Assembly: GCF_900115955.1 (NCBI RefSeq)
Contig: NZ_FOYL01000019.1
Span: 1-64,000, forward strand
Length of the DNA stretch: 64,000 nt
DNA from: Lentzea waywayandensis
GTDB lineage: Bacteria; Actinomycetota; Actinomycetes; Mycobacteriales; Pseudonocardiaceae
Direction of reading: 5' to 3'
Under the pieces are notes generated by a model. The model was not told the origin of the DNA, searched no databases, and saw only the letters and a list, made by a program, of their open reading frames with translations. Positions within the stretch are counted from its first letter, which is position 1. Every line of letters begins with the position of its first letter. Shown piece by piece: positions 18,685 to 27,626 of this stretch. The position numbers were made by a program, and so were the translations under genes.

Positions 18685-19853
18685 GGCGTGGCAGCGGACT
18701 TGGCGGTCCAGGCCGCCCAGTCCAGCGTCCAGTCCCAGTAGTCGCCGGCGGCCGGTCCCATCGGGTCAGCCAGTCCGAGCTGCACCGAGGAGCCCACGAC
18801 CTCCACCGGGTCACCGACCATCGTCAGGTCGAAGAAGATCTTCGCGTTGGCTTCCGACAGGTTCGCGCACCCGTGCGAGACGTTCTCCACGCCCTGACTG
18901 GGGATCGTGTCGTTGTTCTCGTGCACGAACTCGCCGTTCTGCGAGATCAGCACCGCCCACTTGACGGGGATGTTCTGGTAGTTGAACACCGTGCTCGACA
19001 TCGTCCGCCGGGCTTCCTTCTGCTGCACCACGTGGGTGCCGGACCGGGTCACCCGGCGCTGGTCGGTCTCCTTGCCGTACGACGCAGGCAAGTCGTGCAG
19101 CAGCGTGCCGTCGCGGTAGATCTCGAACCGCTTGGTCTGCGTGTTCGCCTTGGCCACCAGCGCCCGGTCCGCGATCTTGAACTGGGCGTGCATGTCCGTC
19201 TTGCCGTAGGCGCCGCCCCCGAACTGCACGCCGTACACGTTGACGTCGAGGAAGACCTCGGTGTTCGGCTTCCAGTACTCGCGCGGCCGCCAGTGCGCCT
19301 CGGTCTCGGAGAGCCACGCCCACGCGCCCTCGGTCGGCACGGAGGTCTTGACCGTCATGGCCTTCTGCACCGACGCCTTGTCCTGCACCGGCGCGCTGAA
19401 GGTCACCTTCAACGGCATCGCGATGCCGTACGTCTGGTTGTCGTCGACGTTCAGCTTCGCGCTGATGAGCCGCTGCGGCTTGACCGTGCGGAACGAACCG
19501 GAGACCGGCACCTCCGCGCCGTCCTGGCCCTTCGCCGAACCGGACCACGTGTAAGCCTTGTCGTAGCCCAAATCCTCGGTGGCGACCCACCGGTCGGCGG
19601 TCAACTCCCCCTTGACCGCGGCCCCGTTCGCGTCCGTCAGTGCGACGGCGGTCAGCGAACCTCCAGTCACCCCAACCTGAAACGGGCCCGCCGGGCTGAT
19701 CCCCTCGCCCGACGCGGGCGTCACGCTCAGCGCGGCCCGCGCCGCCTCCTGCGCGACCGGAGTGGCCGTCGAACCGGATTCAGCCGTGCCCCCAGGCACG
19801 GAGCTGCAAGCGGACATCCCCAGCAGCAGAGCCAACATCAGTGGCCGGAACAT
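18681..19853 (-). CDS. L,D-transpeptidase lipoprotein (YkuD domain, LdtMt2-like with Ig-like domains)
   Basis: Lipobox LGMSACSS. Catalytic motif SHGCANLS within a YkuD domain. Paralog begins at 63237. Confidence 0.8.
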   Translation of the reverse strand: MFRPLMLALLLGMSACSSVPGGTAESGSTATPVAQEAARAALSVTPASGEGISPAGPFQVGVTGGSLTAVALTDANGAAVKGELTADRWVATEDLGYDKAYTWSGSAKGQDGAEVPVSGSFRTVKPQRLISAKLNVDDNQTYGIAMPLKVTFSAPVQDKASVQKAMTVKTSVPTEGAWAWLSETEAHWRPREYWKPNTEVFLDVNVYGVQFGGGAYGKTDMHAQFKIADRALVAKANTQTKRFEIYRDGTLLHDLPASYGKETDQRRVTRSGTHVVQQKEARRTMSSTVFNYQNIPVKWAVLISQNGEFVHENNDTIPSQGVENVSHGCANLSEANAKIFFDLTMVGDPVEVVGSSVQLGLADPMGPAAGDYWDWTLDWAAWTAKSAATP

Positions 19854-20176
19854 GCGTTCTCCCCAAGATCCCCTGGCGTAACGCTATGAAGACGCACAGA
19901 GCTGAATCACGTTGCATGTGGGATCGCGATCACCCACCCGGACCAGCGGCTTTCCTCCTATTGAGGCACCCGACTGGCCGGTAATGACCTGTAGTGCTAT
20001 GACCAATCACACGTTAGGCTGACCCGCGCAGGCCGTGGTTTCTGTGTTCGTGCTTCACACGCTCGCGGAACGACACGCGGGCGTGCGGTGCGCTCTCAGC
20101 GAGTTTGCCTAACGCCCCCGGGACGGCCGGGGTTGCACGGTGCAGCCCCAAGCTTTCCTGCGATGGAGGCAGGTAC

Positions 20177-20380
20177 ATGGCACAGGGCACTGTCAAGTGG
20201 TTCAACTCCGAGAAGGGCTTTGGTTTCATCGCCCAGGACAACGGCGGCGCTGACGTCTTCGTCCACTACTCGGAGATCCAGGGTCAGGGCTTCCGCACCC
20301 TGGAGGAGAACCAGCGAGTGGAGTTCGAGGTCGGCCAGGGCACCAAGGGTCCGCAGGCCCAGAACGTCCGCGCGGTCTGA
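20177..20380 (+). CDS. cspA: cold-shock protein CspA family
   Basis: [52 protein letters not shown]... canonical CSD. Long 5' UTR upstream. Confidence 0.95.
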   Translation: MAQGTVKWFNSEKGFGFIAQDNGGADVFVHYSEIQGQGFRTLEENQRVEFEVGQGTKGPQAQNVRAV

Positions 20381-20416
20381 TCTGTAGTACGCCGCATTTG
20401 AGCCGTACGTGAGAAG

Positions 20417-20452
20417 GACCCTCGACCGGGCTCGGTCGAGGGTCCTTCTTCG
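20417..20452. terminator. bidirectional stem-loop terminator between cspA and convergent gene
   Basis: Perfect inverted repeat GAAGGACCCTCGACCG-GGCT-CGGTCGAGGGTCCTTC. Confidence 0.7.
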
Positions 20453-20466
20453 TTCTGTCGCTGGGT

Positions 20467-20772
20467 CTAGTGGCCGCGCTGCCGCGCTTCCCACTCCAGG
20501 CGCTGCATGACCCACTCCGTGGCGAGAGCCTGCGGGGAGGTCTGGCGTTCGGCGGCGAGCTCCTTGAGCTGCTCGTTCGCCATGAGTTGCAGCCTCAGCT
20601 GGTACACCTGCGCGCTGCCGAAGCCCGACGCGGTGGTCTCGTTGTCCGCGTCCGGGGCCAGGGCGGCCAGGTAAGAGGTCAGCTCTTCGTCGTGCGACGT
20701 CTCCGGTTGCTGCGGTTCGTCCGCAGGGCGGTGACGGCCGGACTTGGAGCGTCCGAGGGATCCAATGGGCAC
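20467..20772 (-). CDS. hypothetical small acidic protein
   Basis: ORF only; no recognisable domain. Confidence 0.35.
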   Translation of the reverse strand: MPIGSLGRSKSGRHRPADEPQQPETSHDEELTSYLAALAPDADNETTASGFGSAQVYQLRLQLMANEQLKELAAERQTSPQALATEWVMQRLEWEARQRGH

Positions 20773-21116
20773 CGGGACACGATAACGGCTCGGTCACGGA
20801 AGCCAAACCCCTGTGAGCCGGGTCACCCCAAGGTGTAAATGGCTCTACTCAGAGTGGATCTACCGGGGCGGCCCGCTGGGGGTCCGGGGGCATGCCCGCC
20901 GGCAGGGGTCTGGGGGCTTGGCCCTCAGAGAGCACCCGCGGCGTCAGTCGGCGAGGCGCAAGCCGAGCAGACTGATGGAGAGCTGCGGAGGCCCCCGCGC
21001 CAGGGGGAGGAACGCGGGGGCCGGAGGGGATCTCCACAGGCGCTGACCGGGGGTGTGTCAGCTTTTGGATTGTTGCACGCGCACCTTGCCGTTGGGGAGT
21101 GTTCCCCACGAGATTC

Positions 21117-23300
21117 TTATGCCGCCGATGGACGGAAACCCCGTAGTCGCAAGCTGTTGGTAACAACGAACACGCTGCTGAAGGCCATCGCCGCCCCCGC
21201 GATCATGGGGTTCAGCAGCCCCAGCGCCGCGAGCGGAAGTCCAGCGACGTTGTAGGCGAACGCCCAGAAGAGATTCCCCTTGATGGTGCCCAAGGTCTTG
21301 CGGGACAACCGAATCGCGTCCGCCGCCACGCGCAGGTCGCCGCGCACCAGCGTCAGGTCGCTCGCCTCGATCGCGACGTCTGTCCCGGTTCCCATGGCCA
21401 GCCCCAGATCCGCGGCCGCGAGTGCCGGCGCGTCGTTCACGCCGTCACCGACCATGGCCACAACTCGGCCCTGTGCCTGGAGATTCCGGACCGCTTCGAC
21501 TTTGCCGGAGGGCAGGACGTCTGCGATGACCTCGTCGATGCCCACCTCGGCCGCGACCTCGGCGGCCACGGCGGCGTTGTCGCCGGTCAGCAACACCGGA
21601 CGCAGGCCGAGTCCCTTGAGTTCCGCAATCGCTTGTGCGGACGTGGGTTTCACGACGTCCGACACGACGATGGCGCCGACAACCTTGTCATCAAAGGAAA
21701 CCGCGACAACAGTCCGAGTTGTGTGTGCAACCAGGGCCTCGGTCATTTCCTGTGAAAGGACAACATTCCGCACCCGGCCGACGACGACGTGTCGGCCTTC
21801 GACCACTCCGCTGACGCCCACGCCGTCCGTGGACACGAAGTCCGACACCGGCGGAACGTCGTCGACCTCGCGGACGATCGCCGCGCCGATCGGATGCTCG
21901 GACGCGTTCTCGACGGCCGCCGCGAACCGCAGCACCTCGTCGCGCGACGTGCCGGCCGCGGGGATCACGTCGACCAGCGTCAGGCGTCCGGTCGTGACCG
22001 TGCCGGTCTTGTCCAGCACGACGGTGTCCACGCGCCGCGTCGACTCGAGGACCTCGGGACCCTTCACCAGGATTCCGAGCTGAGCGCCGCGCCCGGTGCC
22101 CACGAGCAACGCCGTCGGCGTCGCCAGTCCCAACGCGCACGGGCACGCGATCACGAGCACGGCCACCGCGGTCGTCACCGCGAACTCCAGCGGCCGACCG
22201 GCGAGCAGCCACGCGCCGAACGACACCAGGGCGATCAGCACGACGACCGGGACGAACACGGCGGACACCCGGTCCGCCAGTCGTTGCACCTGCGCCTTGC
22301 CCGCCTGGGCCTGCTCGACCAGCTTGGCCATCCGCGCCAGCTGCGTGTCCGCGCCGACGCTCAGGGCCTCGACGACCAGCCGGCCACCGGCGTTGACCGT
22401 CCCGCCGACCACCGAATCGCCCGCGCCGACCTCGACCGGCACCGATTCCCCGGTGACCATCGAACGGTCGACAGCCGAACTGCCCTCGATCACTAGGCCA
22501 TCAGTGGCGATGCGCTCACCCGGACGGACCACGAACCGTTCGCCGGCCCGGAGCTGACCGATCGGCACGCGGGTCTCCACACCGTCGCGCAGCACCGCCA
22601 CGTCCTTGGCGCCGAGCGCGAGCAACGACCGCAGGGCCGCCCCCGCGCTGCGCTTCGACCGGGCCTCCAGCCAGCGCCCGAGCAGCAGGAACACGGTCAC
22701 GCCGACCGCGACCTCCAGGTAGATGTCACCGGAGGTGGTCGGCCGCAGCAGCAGGCTGAACTCGTGCCGCATGCCGATCGTCCCGGCCTCGCCGAACACC
22801 AGCGCGTAGAGCGACCACAGGTACGAGACCGTGACGCCCATGGAGACGAGGGTGTCCATGGTGCTGGCGCCGTGCCGTGCGTTGACGGCGGCCGCACGGT
22901 GGAACGGCCAGCCGCACACCCACACGACCACGCTCGCCAACGCCAGCGACACCCACTGCCAGGTGGGGAACTGCCATGCCGGGACCATCGAGAACGCGAT
23001 CACCGGCACGCCGAGCACCGCGGCGAGGGTGACCCTCAGCCGCAGCTCACCGGCCTCGTCCACCTCGGGAGCCTCCGGCTGGGGCTCCTCGGCGTCGTAG
23101 CCCGCCGCACGCACGGTCGACACCAGGTCGTCCACGCGCAGGCCGTCCGGGAACTGAACGCTGGCCTTCTCGGTCGCGTAGTTCACAGTGGCGGAGACGC
23201 CGTCGAGCTTGTTCAGCTTGCGTTCGATGCGGTTCGCACAGGAAGCGCACGTCATGCCGCTGATGACGAGCTCGACGTGACGAGGCTCGGTCGTGGTCAT
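21117..23300 (-). CDS. copA: copper-translocating P1B-type ATPase
   Basis: N-terminal HMA domain [15 protein letters not shown] motif [19 protein letters not shown] phosphorylation site, [10 protein letters not shown] hinge. Confidence 0.95.
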   Translation of the reverse strand: MTTTEPRHVELVISGMTCASCANRIERKLNKLDGVSATVNYATEKASVQFPDGLRVDDLVSTVRAAGYDAEEPQPEAPEVDEAGELRLRVTLAAVLGVPVIAFSMVPAWQFPTWQWVSLALASVVVWVCGWPFHRAAAVNARHGASTMDTLVSMGVTVSYLWSLYALVFGEAGTIGMRHEFSLLLRPTTSGDIYLEVAVGVTVFLLLGRWLEARSKRSAGAALRSLLALGAKDVAVLRDGVETRVPIGQLRAGERFVVRPGERIATDGLVIEGSSAVDRSMVTGESVPVEVGAGDSVVGGTVNAGGRLVVEALSVGADTQLARMAKLVEQAQAGKAQVQRLADRVSAVFVPVVVLIALVSFGAWLLAGRPLEFAVTTAVAVLVIACPCALGLATPTALLVGTGRGAQLGILVKGPEVLESTRRVDTVVLDKTGTVTTGRLTLVDVIPAAGTSRDEVLRFAAAVENASEHPIGAAIVREVDDVPPVSDFVSTDGVGVSGVVEGRHVVVGRVRNVVLSQEMTEALVAHTTRTVVAVSFDDKVVGAIVVSDVVKPTSAQAIAELKGLGLRPVLLTGDNAAVAAEVAAEVGIDEVIADVLPSGKVEAVRNLQAQGRVVAMVGDGVNDAPALAAADLGLAMGTGTDVAIEASDLTLVRGDLRVAADAIRLSRKTLGTIKGNLFWAFAYNVAGLPLAALGLLNPMIAGAAMAFSSVFVVTNSLRLRGFRPSAA

Positions 23301-23506
23301 CAGGAGACCTCGTACCCGGCCTCGGTCACGGCGGCGACGACCTCGTCACGGCCGAGTTCGCGGTCGCTGGTGACGGTCACGGCGCCGGTCTCGAGGACGA
23401 CGTCGACGCCCGTGACACCGGAGACCTCGGTCAGCTCCTCGGTGACGGAGCTGACGCAGTGGCCGCAGGTCATGCCGGTGACGGTGTAGGTGGCAGTGAC
23501 GGACAT
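23300..23506 (-). CDS. copZ: copper chaperone CopZ (heavy-metal-associated domain)
   Basis: 68 aa, [11 protein letters not shown] motif. 1-bp overlap with copA start. Confidence 0.9.
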   Translation of the reverse strand: MSVTATYTVTGMTCGHCVSSVTEELTEVSGVTGVDVVLETGAVTVTSDRELGRDEVVAAVTEAGYEVS

Positions 23507-23537
23507 GAGAGCCCTTTCTCTGTACGGGGCTCCGAGT

Positions 23538-23554
23538 CTATACCCCCCTGGGGT
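23538..23554. promoter_or_regulatory. CsoR-type operator-like GC-rich pseudo-palindrome upstream of copZ (TATACCCCCCTGGGGTA)
   Basis: Arms TACCCC/GGGGTA resemble the actinobacterial CsoR box (ATACCCC-N-GGGGTAT type). Sits 32 bp upstream of the copZ start. Confidence 0.5.
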
Positions 23555-23561
23555 AAGGGAT

Positions 23562-23867
23562 CTACTGAGGACTCTCGGGTTTGGGCTGGTCCAGGTTGTG
23601 GAGATCGCTCTCGATCTTGTTGACCAGGTCGTCGAGGCCTTCGAGCATCTTGTCGAGCTCGGCCATCCTCGAGCCGAACGCGGACTCGATGTCGGCGTCG
23701 ATCGTGTTCAGGTCGATGCCGCTGAGCGCCTTGAAGATCTCTTCCTGGTCGACGGCGGGCGGTGGCTGAGACGCGTTTTGGCCCTCTGCATCGGGGGAAG
23801 GCTCCGGCGTGGGGTCGGTCATCGGTCCATCATCCACTGGCGCTTCCCCGCGCGGCACACAACGCAC
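23562..23867 (-). CDS. hypothetical acidic protein (start uncertain; probably Met at 23822)
   Basis: ORF only. Lacks the Cys/His residues expected of CsoR. Confidence 0.3.
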   Translation of the reverse strand: MRCVPRGEAPVDDGPMTDPTPEPSPDAEGQNASQPPPAVDQEEIFKALSGIDLNTIDADIESAFGSRMAELDKMLEGLDDLVNKIESDLHNLDQPKPESPQ

Positions 23868-24346
23868 CAGTACGGAAAGTAACGCTGGGTGGCGGTGGAA
23901 TCACTCTGCGGGGGGCTGCGGCCGTTGTCCCAGGTCGCTTAGCCTCGCGCCACACCTCAAGTCGGGGAGGGTGCAATGAGCGGGTCACTGGAAGTGCGGA
24001 AGTTCCTGTTCACACAGGACGACAGCATGTCGCGACAGGGCGGGCCGAACGTGCCGGCCCAGCGGAGCGGAGAACCCTCGCGGATCTCCGACGATCAGGT
24101 TCACCGGGCCAGGCTCGCGGTCGCGCGAAGCGCACTGGGCGCCGAGGACTGCCGGATGCTGCTGGACATGCTGGGCCTGTCACCGGGCGAGGACGGCGGG
24201 TTGCCACCGGCGCAACGGTGACGTCATGAGTACGCGAAAGCGGCCCTGACTCCAGGCGCGCACCCCCCGGGACGCGTCTGCGGAGCAGGGCCGCGTCTCG
24301 AAACATACCCACGGGTCTCTTTAGCGGCAACGGCTAACCTTCACCC

Positions 24347-24976
24347 ATGCCCCAGCAGGACCGGGCGTACGCGACACGTGAGGCGATACTCCACGCCGCG
24401 GCGGAGGAGTTCGACCGGCTCGGCTACGAGCGCACGTCGCTGACCGCCGTGCTCGCGCGCGCCGGGCTGACCAAAGGCGCGTTCTACTTCCACTTCCCCT
24501 CCAAGGCCGCGGTCGCGGACGCCCTGATCGAACGGCAGAGCGAGCTGTGGGCCCAGCTGAGGGAGTCGTGGCGGACACGTGGCCTCGATCCGCTCAGCAC
24601 CCTGCACGGGATGTTCGCCGAGTCGGCCGACCGGATGGCCGCCGACGTCGTGCTGCGCGCCGGCGTGCGGCTCAACGCCGATCGCGAGGTCGGGTATCCG
24701 GGCGTCCCCAGCACGCACGTCATGTGGGAGAAGCTGATCGCCGCCTACGTGATCGAGGCGGCCGAACGCGGAGACCTGCGTCCCGGTGTCGATCCGGAGG
24801 CCGTCGCGCGGACGTTGTGCGGCGCGGCGCTCGGTTCGCGGTTGATCTCCTCCGCGACGACGGCGTGCGCCGACTTCCCCTCGCGGATCCGTGAGGTTCT
24901 GGGGCACGTGCTGCCCTGCGTGGCGTCTGCCGGCTGGAAGTTGTCTGGATCACAAACTGCGTCTGAACCCTCGTGA
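24347..24976 (+). CDS. TetR-family transcriptional regulator
   Basis: N-terminal TetR HTH (REAILHAAAEEFDRLGYERTSLTAVLARAGLTKGAFYFHFPSKAAV). Confidence 0.9.
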   Translation: MPQQDRAYATREAILHAAAEEFDRLGYERTSLTAVLARAGLTKGAFYFHFPSKAAVADALIERQSELWAQLRESWRTRGLDPLSTLHGMFAESADRMAADVVLRAGVRLNADREVGYPGVPSTHVMWEKLIAAYVIEAAERGDLRPGVDPEAVARTLCGAALGSRLISSATTACADFPSRIREVLGHVLPCVASAGWKLSGSQTASEPS

Positions 24977-25125
24977 AGGGCCCTGAAGGCCCTGAACAGG
25001 CATTTGTTGATCTGGTCGATCTCGGTCCGGAGGGGGTTTCGGCAGGTCAGCGCATAAGTGGGACCCCCGTTTTGGAGGTGCGCGGACCTATGGCATATGC
25101 TTACGATGCTTCCAGAGACCAGCTA

Positions 25126-25198
25126 GTCCCCATCATCTAGCGGCCTAGGATCCCGCCCTTTCAAGGCGGTCGCGCGGGTTCGAATCCCGTTGGGGGCA
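25126..25198 (+). tRNA. tRNA-Glu (anticodon TTC)
   Basis: GTCCCCATCATCTAGCGGCCTAGGATCCCGCCCTTTCAAGGCGG...GGTTCGAATCCCGTTGGGGGCA; anticodon loop CTTTCAA; GTTCGAATCC T-loop. Confidence 0.9.
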
Positions 25199-25236
25199 CG
25201 CAGTAAAGTACGGTACGGTAAGACCAGCAAGAGCAA

Positions 25237-25310
25237 GGCCCAGTGGCGCAGTTGGTTAGCGCGTCGCCCTGTCACGGCGAAGGTCGCGGGTTCGAGTCCC
25301 GTCTGGGTCG
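25237..25310 (+). tRNA. tRNA-Asp (anticodon GTC)
   Basis: GGCCCAGTGGCGCAGTTGGTTAGCGCGTCGCCCTGTCACGGCGAAGGTCGCGGGTTCGAGTCCCGTCTGGGTCG. Confidence 0.9.
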
Positions 25311-25341
25311 CTTTTCCTGTGGTTGAGATATCACAGTTCAT

Positions 25342-25415
25342 GGCCAGGTAGCTCAGTTGGTACGAGCGACCGCCTGAAAAGCGGTAGGTCGGCGGTTCGA
25401 CCCCGCCCCTGGCCA
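25342..25415 (+). tRNA. tRNA-Phe (anticodon GAA)
   Basis: GGCCAGGTAGCTCAGTTGGTACGAGCGACCGCCTGAAAAGCGGTAGGTCGGCGGTTCGACCCCGCCCCTGGCCA. Confidence 0.9.
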
Positions 25416-25424
25416 TCCTTCTTC

Positions 25425-25460
25425 GAAAGAAGCCCCGCAGAACGCTGCGGGGCTTCTTTC
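25425..25460. terminator. bidirectional stem-loop terminator after the tRNA cluster
   Basis: GAAAGAAGCCCCGCAG-AACG-CTGCGGGGCTTCTTTC perfect 16-bp stem. Confidence 0.75.
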
Positions 25461-25461
25461 G

Positions 25462-26166
25462 TTATGTCGTGATCCTGGCGATTGCCTGGTCGTCGTGCGT
25501 TTTGTAGCGGGGCCAACGCTTGTGCTCCGAATCACCGCGCTCGGCTTCACGGATTCGGTCGAGCACTTCGCCCAACGGCAATTGCCTCAAGTCTTCCCAG
25601 CCGAAGAGTCCGTACTCGGACACTCCACAGGAGACACCGTCTGTGAGAGCGATCACACTCGTGACTTCCTCGCGGGGCCAGGTCGCGGTCAGGGCCTGGT
25701 GTCCCGCAACGGGATCGGCCTCCGCGACCCAGTAGCCGCCCGGCTTGTTCTTCCACCTGAGGATGTCCGGGTCCGGCCGGAGATCTTCGAGTCTGGTGTC
25801 CTCGAGCACTCGGGTGGACTGTCCGAACGCGACTATCGGGGTGTCGCACAGGACGAGCGCGTCGATCGTGTCGTCGTTCCAGCGGACGATCGCCGCGGTG
25901 GACGACGGGGAGTCGCCGGGGATCAGGTCGTGTTCCTCGACGAGATTCGCGATGGCCCGGGCGAGAAGGTCGGTCAACGGATCGGTGTCGTTGATCAGCC
26001 GGGCCAGTTCGTCGGCGAGTTTCGTGGCGTACCAACCGCCGTTGCGGTCTGGCGGCCTGGTTCGCGAGGTCACGCCGTCGAGCACGACGACGGCGTTCGG
26101 CAGAACCCTGATCCGATCCTCGATGACTCGGCCCGGAGCCCCCTGCTCAGCGGTCTCGATCTTCAC
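25462..26166 (-). CDS. hypothetical protein (possible PP2C-like fold), divergent from HTH/ClpN pair
   Basis: ORF only. Weak DGV.S/GG signature. Start placed at GTG 26164-26166 so that it lies downstream of the operator palindromes; an ATG at 26227-26229 is the alternative. Confidence 0.4.
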   Translation of the reverse strand: MKIETAEQGAPGRVIEDRIRVLPNAVVVLDGVTSRTRPPDRNGGWYATKLADELARLINDTDPLTDLLARAIANLVEEHDLIPGDSPSSTAAIVRWNDDTIDALVLCDTPIVAFGQSTRVLEDTRLEDLRPDPDILRWKNKPGGYWVAEADPVAGHQALTATWPREEVTSVIALTDGVSCGVSEYGLFGWEDLRQLPLGEVLDRIREAERGDSEHKRWPRYKTHDDQAIARITT

Positions 26167-26181
26167 GGCTCCACCGTACGT

Positions 26182-26197
26182 GTCAACATTGGTTGAC
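26182..26197. promoter_or_regulatory. operator-like inverted repeat GTCAAC-ATTG-GTTGAC
   Basis: Perfect 6-bp arms. First of two tandem copies in the 60-bp divergent region. Confidence 0.55.
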
Positions 26198-26207
26198 GGA
26201 TCCGAGT

Positions 26208-26225
26208 TGTCAACGTACGTTGACA
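26208..26225. promoter_or_regulatory. operator-like perfect 18-bp palindrome TGTCAACGTACGTTGACA
   Basis: Perfect palindrome ending 2 bp before the HTH gene ATG (26228). Shares its GTCAAC/GTTGAC arms with 26182-26197. Confidence 0.6.
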
Positions 26226-26227
26226 TC

Positions 26228-26437
26228 ATGACGGAAGCGACGGATCTCGCCACAGCGGCTGGGGATCGCGACCCGAAGATCGGGTTGCGGGCCGTCAGCG
26301 CGTTGCGGCGACTGCTGGAACATCTGGAGGCCGCCCAGGTCCGCAGTGCGCGGGCACAGGGCTGGTCGTGGCAGGACATCGCGGCGGAGCTCGGGGTCTC
26401 CCGCCAGGCGGTCCACAAGAAGCACGGGGGGCGATGA
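26228..26437 (+). CDS. small helix-turn-helix DNA-binding protein (partner of Clp-N-domain protein)
   Basis: 69 aa, C-terminal HTH (WSWQDIAAELGVSRQAVHKKH). ATGATGA overlap with the downstream gene. Confidence 0.65.
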   Translation: MTEATDLATAAGDRDPKIGLRAVSALRRLLEHLEAAQVRSARAQGWSWQDIAAELGVSRQAVHKKHGGR

Positions 26438-26961
26438 TGATCGCGGAGAGGTTCACGAAGGAAGCCCGTGAGGCGGTCAAGGCCGCGGTGCGGGACGCGG
26501 AACAGGTGCACGCCGGCGAGGTCGGTGTCGAGTTCCTGCTGCTGGCGTTGCTCGACGCGCCGGTGCTGGCGGGGTTCGACCTGCCGCGCGACGAGTTGGA
26601 GGCGGCGTTCCGGGACTACCGGCGCAAGGGCGGGCTGACCAAGGCCGACGCGGAAGCGTTGCGGGGATTGGGAATCGACGTCGACGCGGTGATCGACTCG
26701 GTGGAGCAGTCACTCGGGACCGGGGTGTTGCGGCCGGGTCCTGGCCGGCGGTGGTTCGGGATGCCGCTGGAACCGGCCTTCAAGAAGGCGCTCGAGACCT
26801 CGTTGCGCGAGTCGCGCGACCTCGGCCACAACTACCTGGGTGCGGAGCACATCGTGCTGGCTCTGTTGCAGGGCAAGGGAATCGTGGCCGAGGTGCTGAC
26901 CGAGCGAGGCGTCACGTACGAGGAGATTCGCAAACGGGCCGCGAGCGCTCGCGCCAGGTGA
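26434..26961 (+). CDS. Clp R (ClpA/ClpB N-terminal) domain protein, no ATPase domain
   Basis: Two Clp_N repeats (MIAERFTKEAREAVKAAVRDAEQVHAGEVGVEFLLLALL and LRESRDLGHNYLGAEHIVLALLQ). Confidence 0.75.
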   Translation: MMIAERFTKEAREAVKAAVRDAEQVHAGEVGVEFLLLALLDAPVLAGFDLPRDELEAAFRDYRRKGGLTKADAEALRGLGIDVDAVIDSVEQSLGTGVLRPGPGRRWFGMPLEPAFKKALETSLRESRDLGHNYLGAEHIVLALLQGKGIVAEVLTERGVTYEEIRKRAASARAR

Positions 26962-27565
26962 GCGCGGGCAGGAACAGCTGCGCGAGCGGCCCGATGCCGA
27001 GCGCGTAGAGGACCGTGCCGATGCCGACCGTGCCGCCGAGCAGCCAGCCGGTGCCGAGCACGATCAGTTCGAGCACGGTCCGCGTGACCCGCAGGGAAAT
27101 CCCCGTGCGGCGGCAGAATCCGGTCACCAGGCCGTCGCGGGGACCGGGTCCGAGCCGGGAGCCGACGTACGCGGCGAACGCGACGGCGTTCAGGACGATG
27201 CCCAGTGTCAGGAACACGATCCTGGGCAGCAGTCCTTCCGGTGCGGGCAGGATCGCGAGCGTCACGTCGACGCTGACGGCGATGAGGACGACGTTCGCGA
27301 TCGTGCCGATGCCTGGTCGCTGCTTCAGCGGGATCCACGCCAGCAGCACCAGGACGCCGGTGATGGCGGTGATCAGGCCGAAGCTCAGGCCGGTGCGTTC
27401 CGCGAGGCCCTCGTGCAGCACGTCCCACGGGTTCAGGCCGAGCGTCGCGCGGATCTGCATCGCCATGCTCGCGCCGTAGAGCCACAGCCCTGCGAAGAGC
27501 TGCGGGAGGCGACGGGCGGGTGAGATCCGGACGGAGACCTGGTGGAGTGCGGTCATGGAGGCCAT
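26912..27565 (-). CDS. YczE/YitT-like multi-TM membrane protein
   Basis: About 6 predicted TM helices. Divergent from a MocR-type regulator, the usual pairing for this family. Confidence 0.6.
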   Translation of the reverse strand: MASMTALHQVSVRISPARRLPQLFAGLWLYGASMAMQIRATLGLNPWDVLHEGLAERTGLSFGLITAITGVLVLLAWIPLKQRPGIGTIANVVLIAVSVDVTLAILPAPEGLLPRIVFLTLGIVLNAVAFAAYVGSRLGPGPRDGLVTGFCRRTGISLRVTRTVLELIVLGTGWLLGGTVGIGTVLYALGIGPLAQLFLPALTWRERSRPVCESPRT

Positions 27566-27626
27566 GTGGCCATGTTGCGCCTCGATTGGCCTGGTGATCC
27601 ATAGCCAATTCGGCATAATTGGCCTC

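Noticed and set aside
23562-23867. Upstream ORF of copZ as the CsoR repressor
   Set aside because: No conserved Cys-His-Cys ligand set; the composition is acidic and low-complexity. Kept only as a hypothetical protein.
25123-25550. Three minus-strand ORFs (97, 61 and 65 aa) across the tRNA cluster
   Set aside because: They overlap three canonical tRNA genes (Glu-TTC, Asp-GTC, Phe-GAA) and are artefacts.
25745-26437. 230-aa plus-strand ORF
   Set aside because: Only the last 69 codons (from ATG 26228) form a plausible HTH protein. The upstream part is antisense to the 25462-26166 gene and crosses the operator palindromes.
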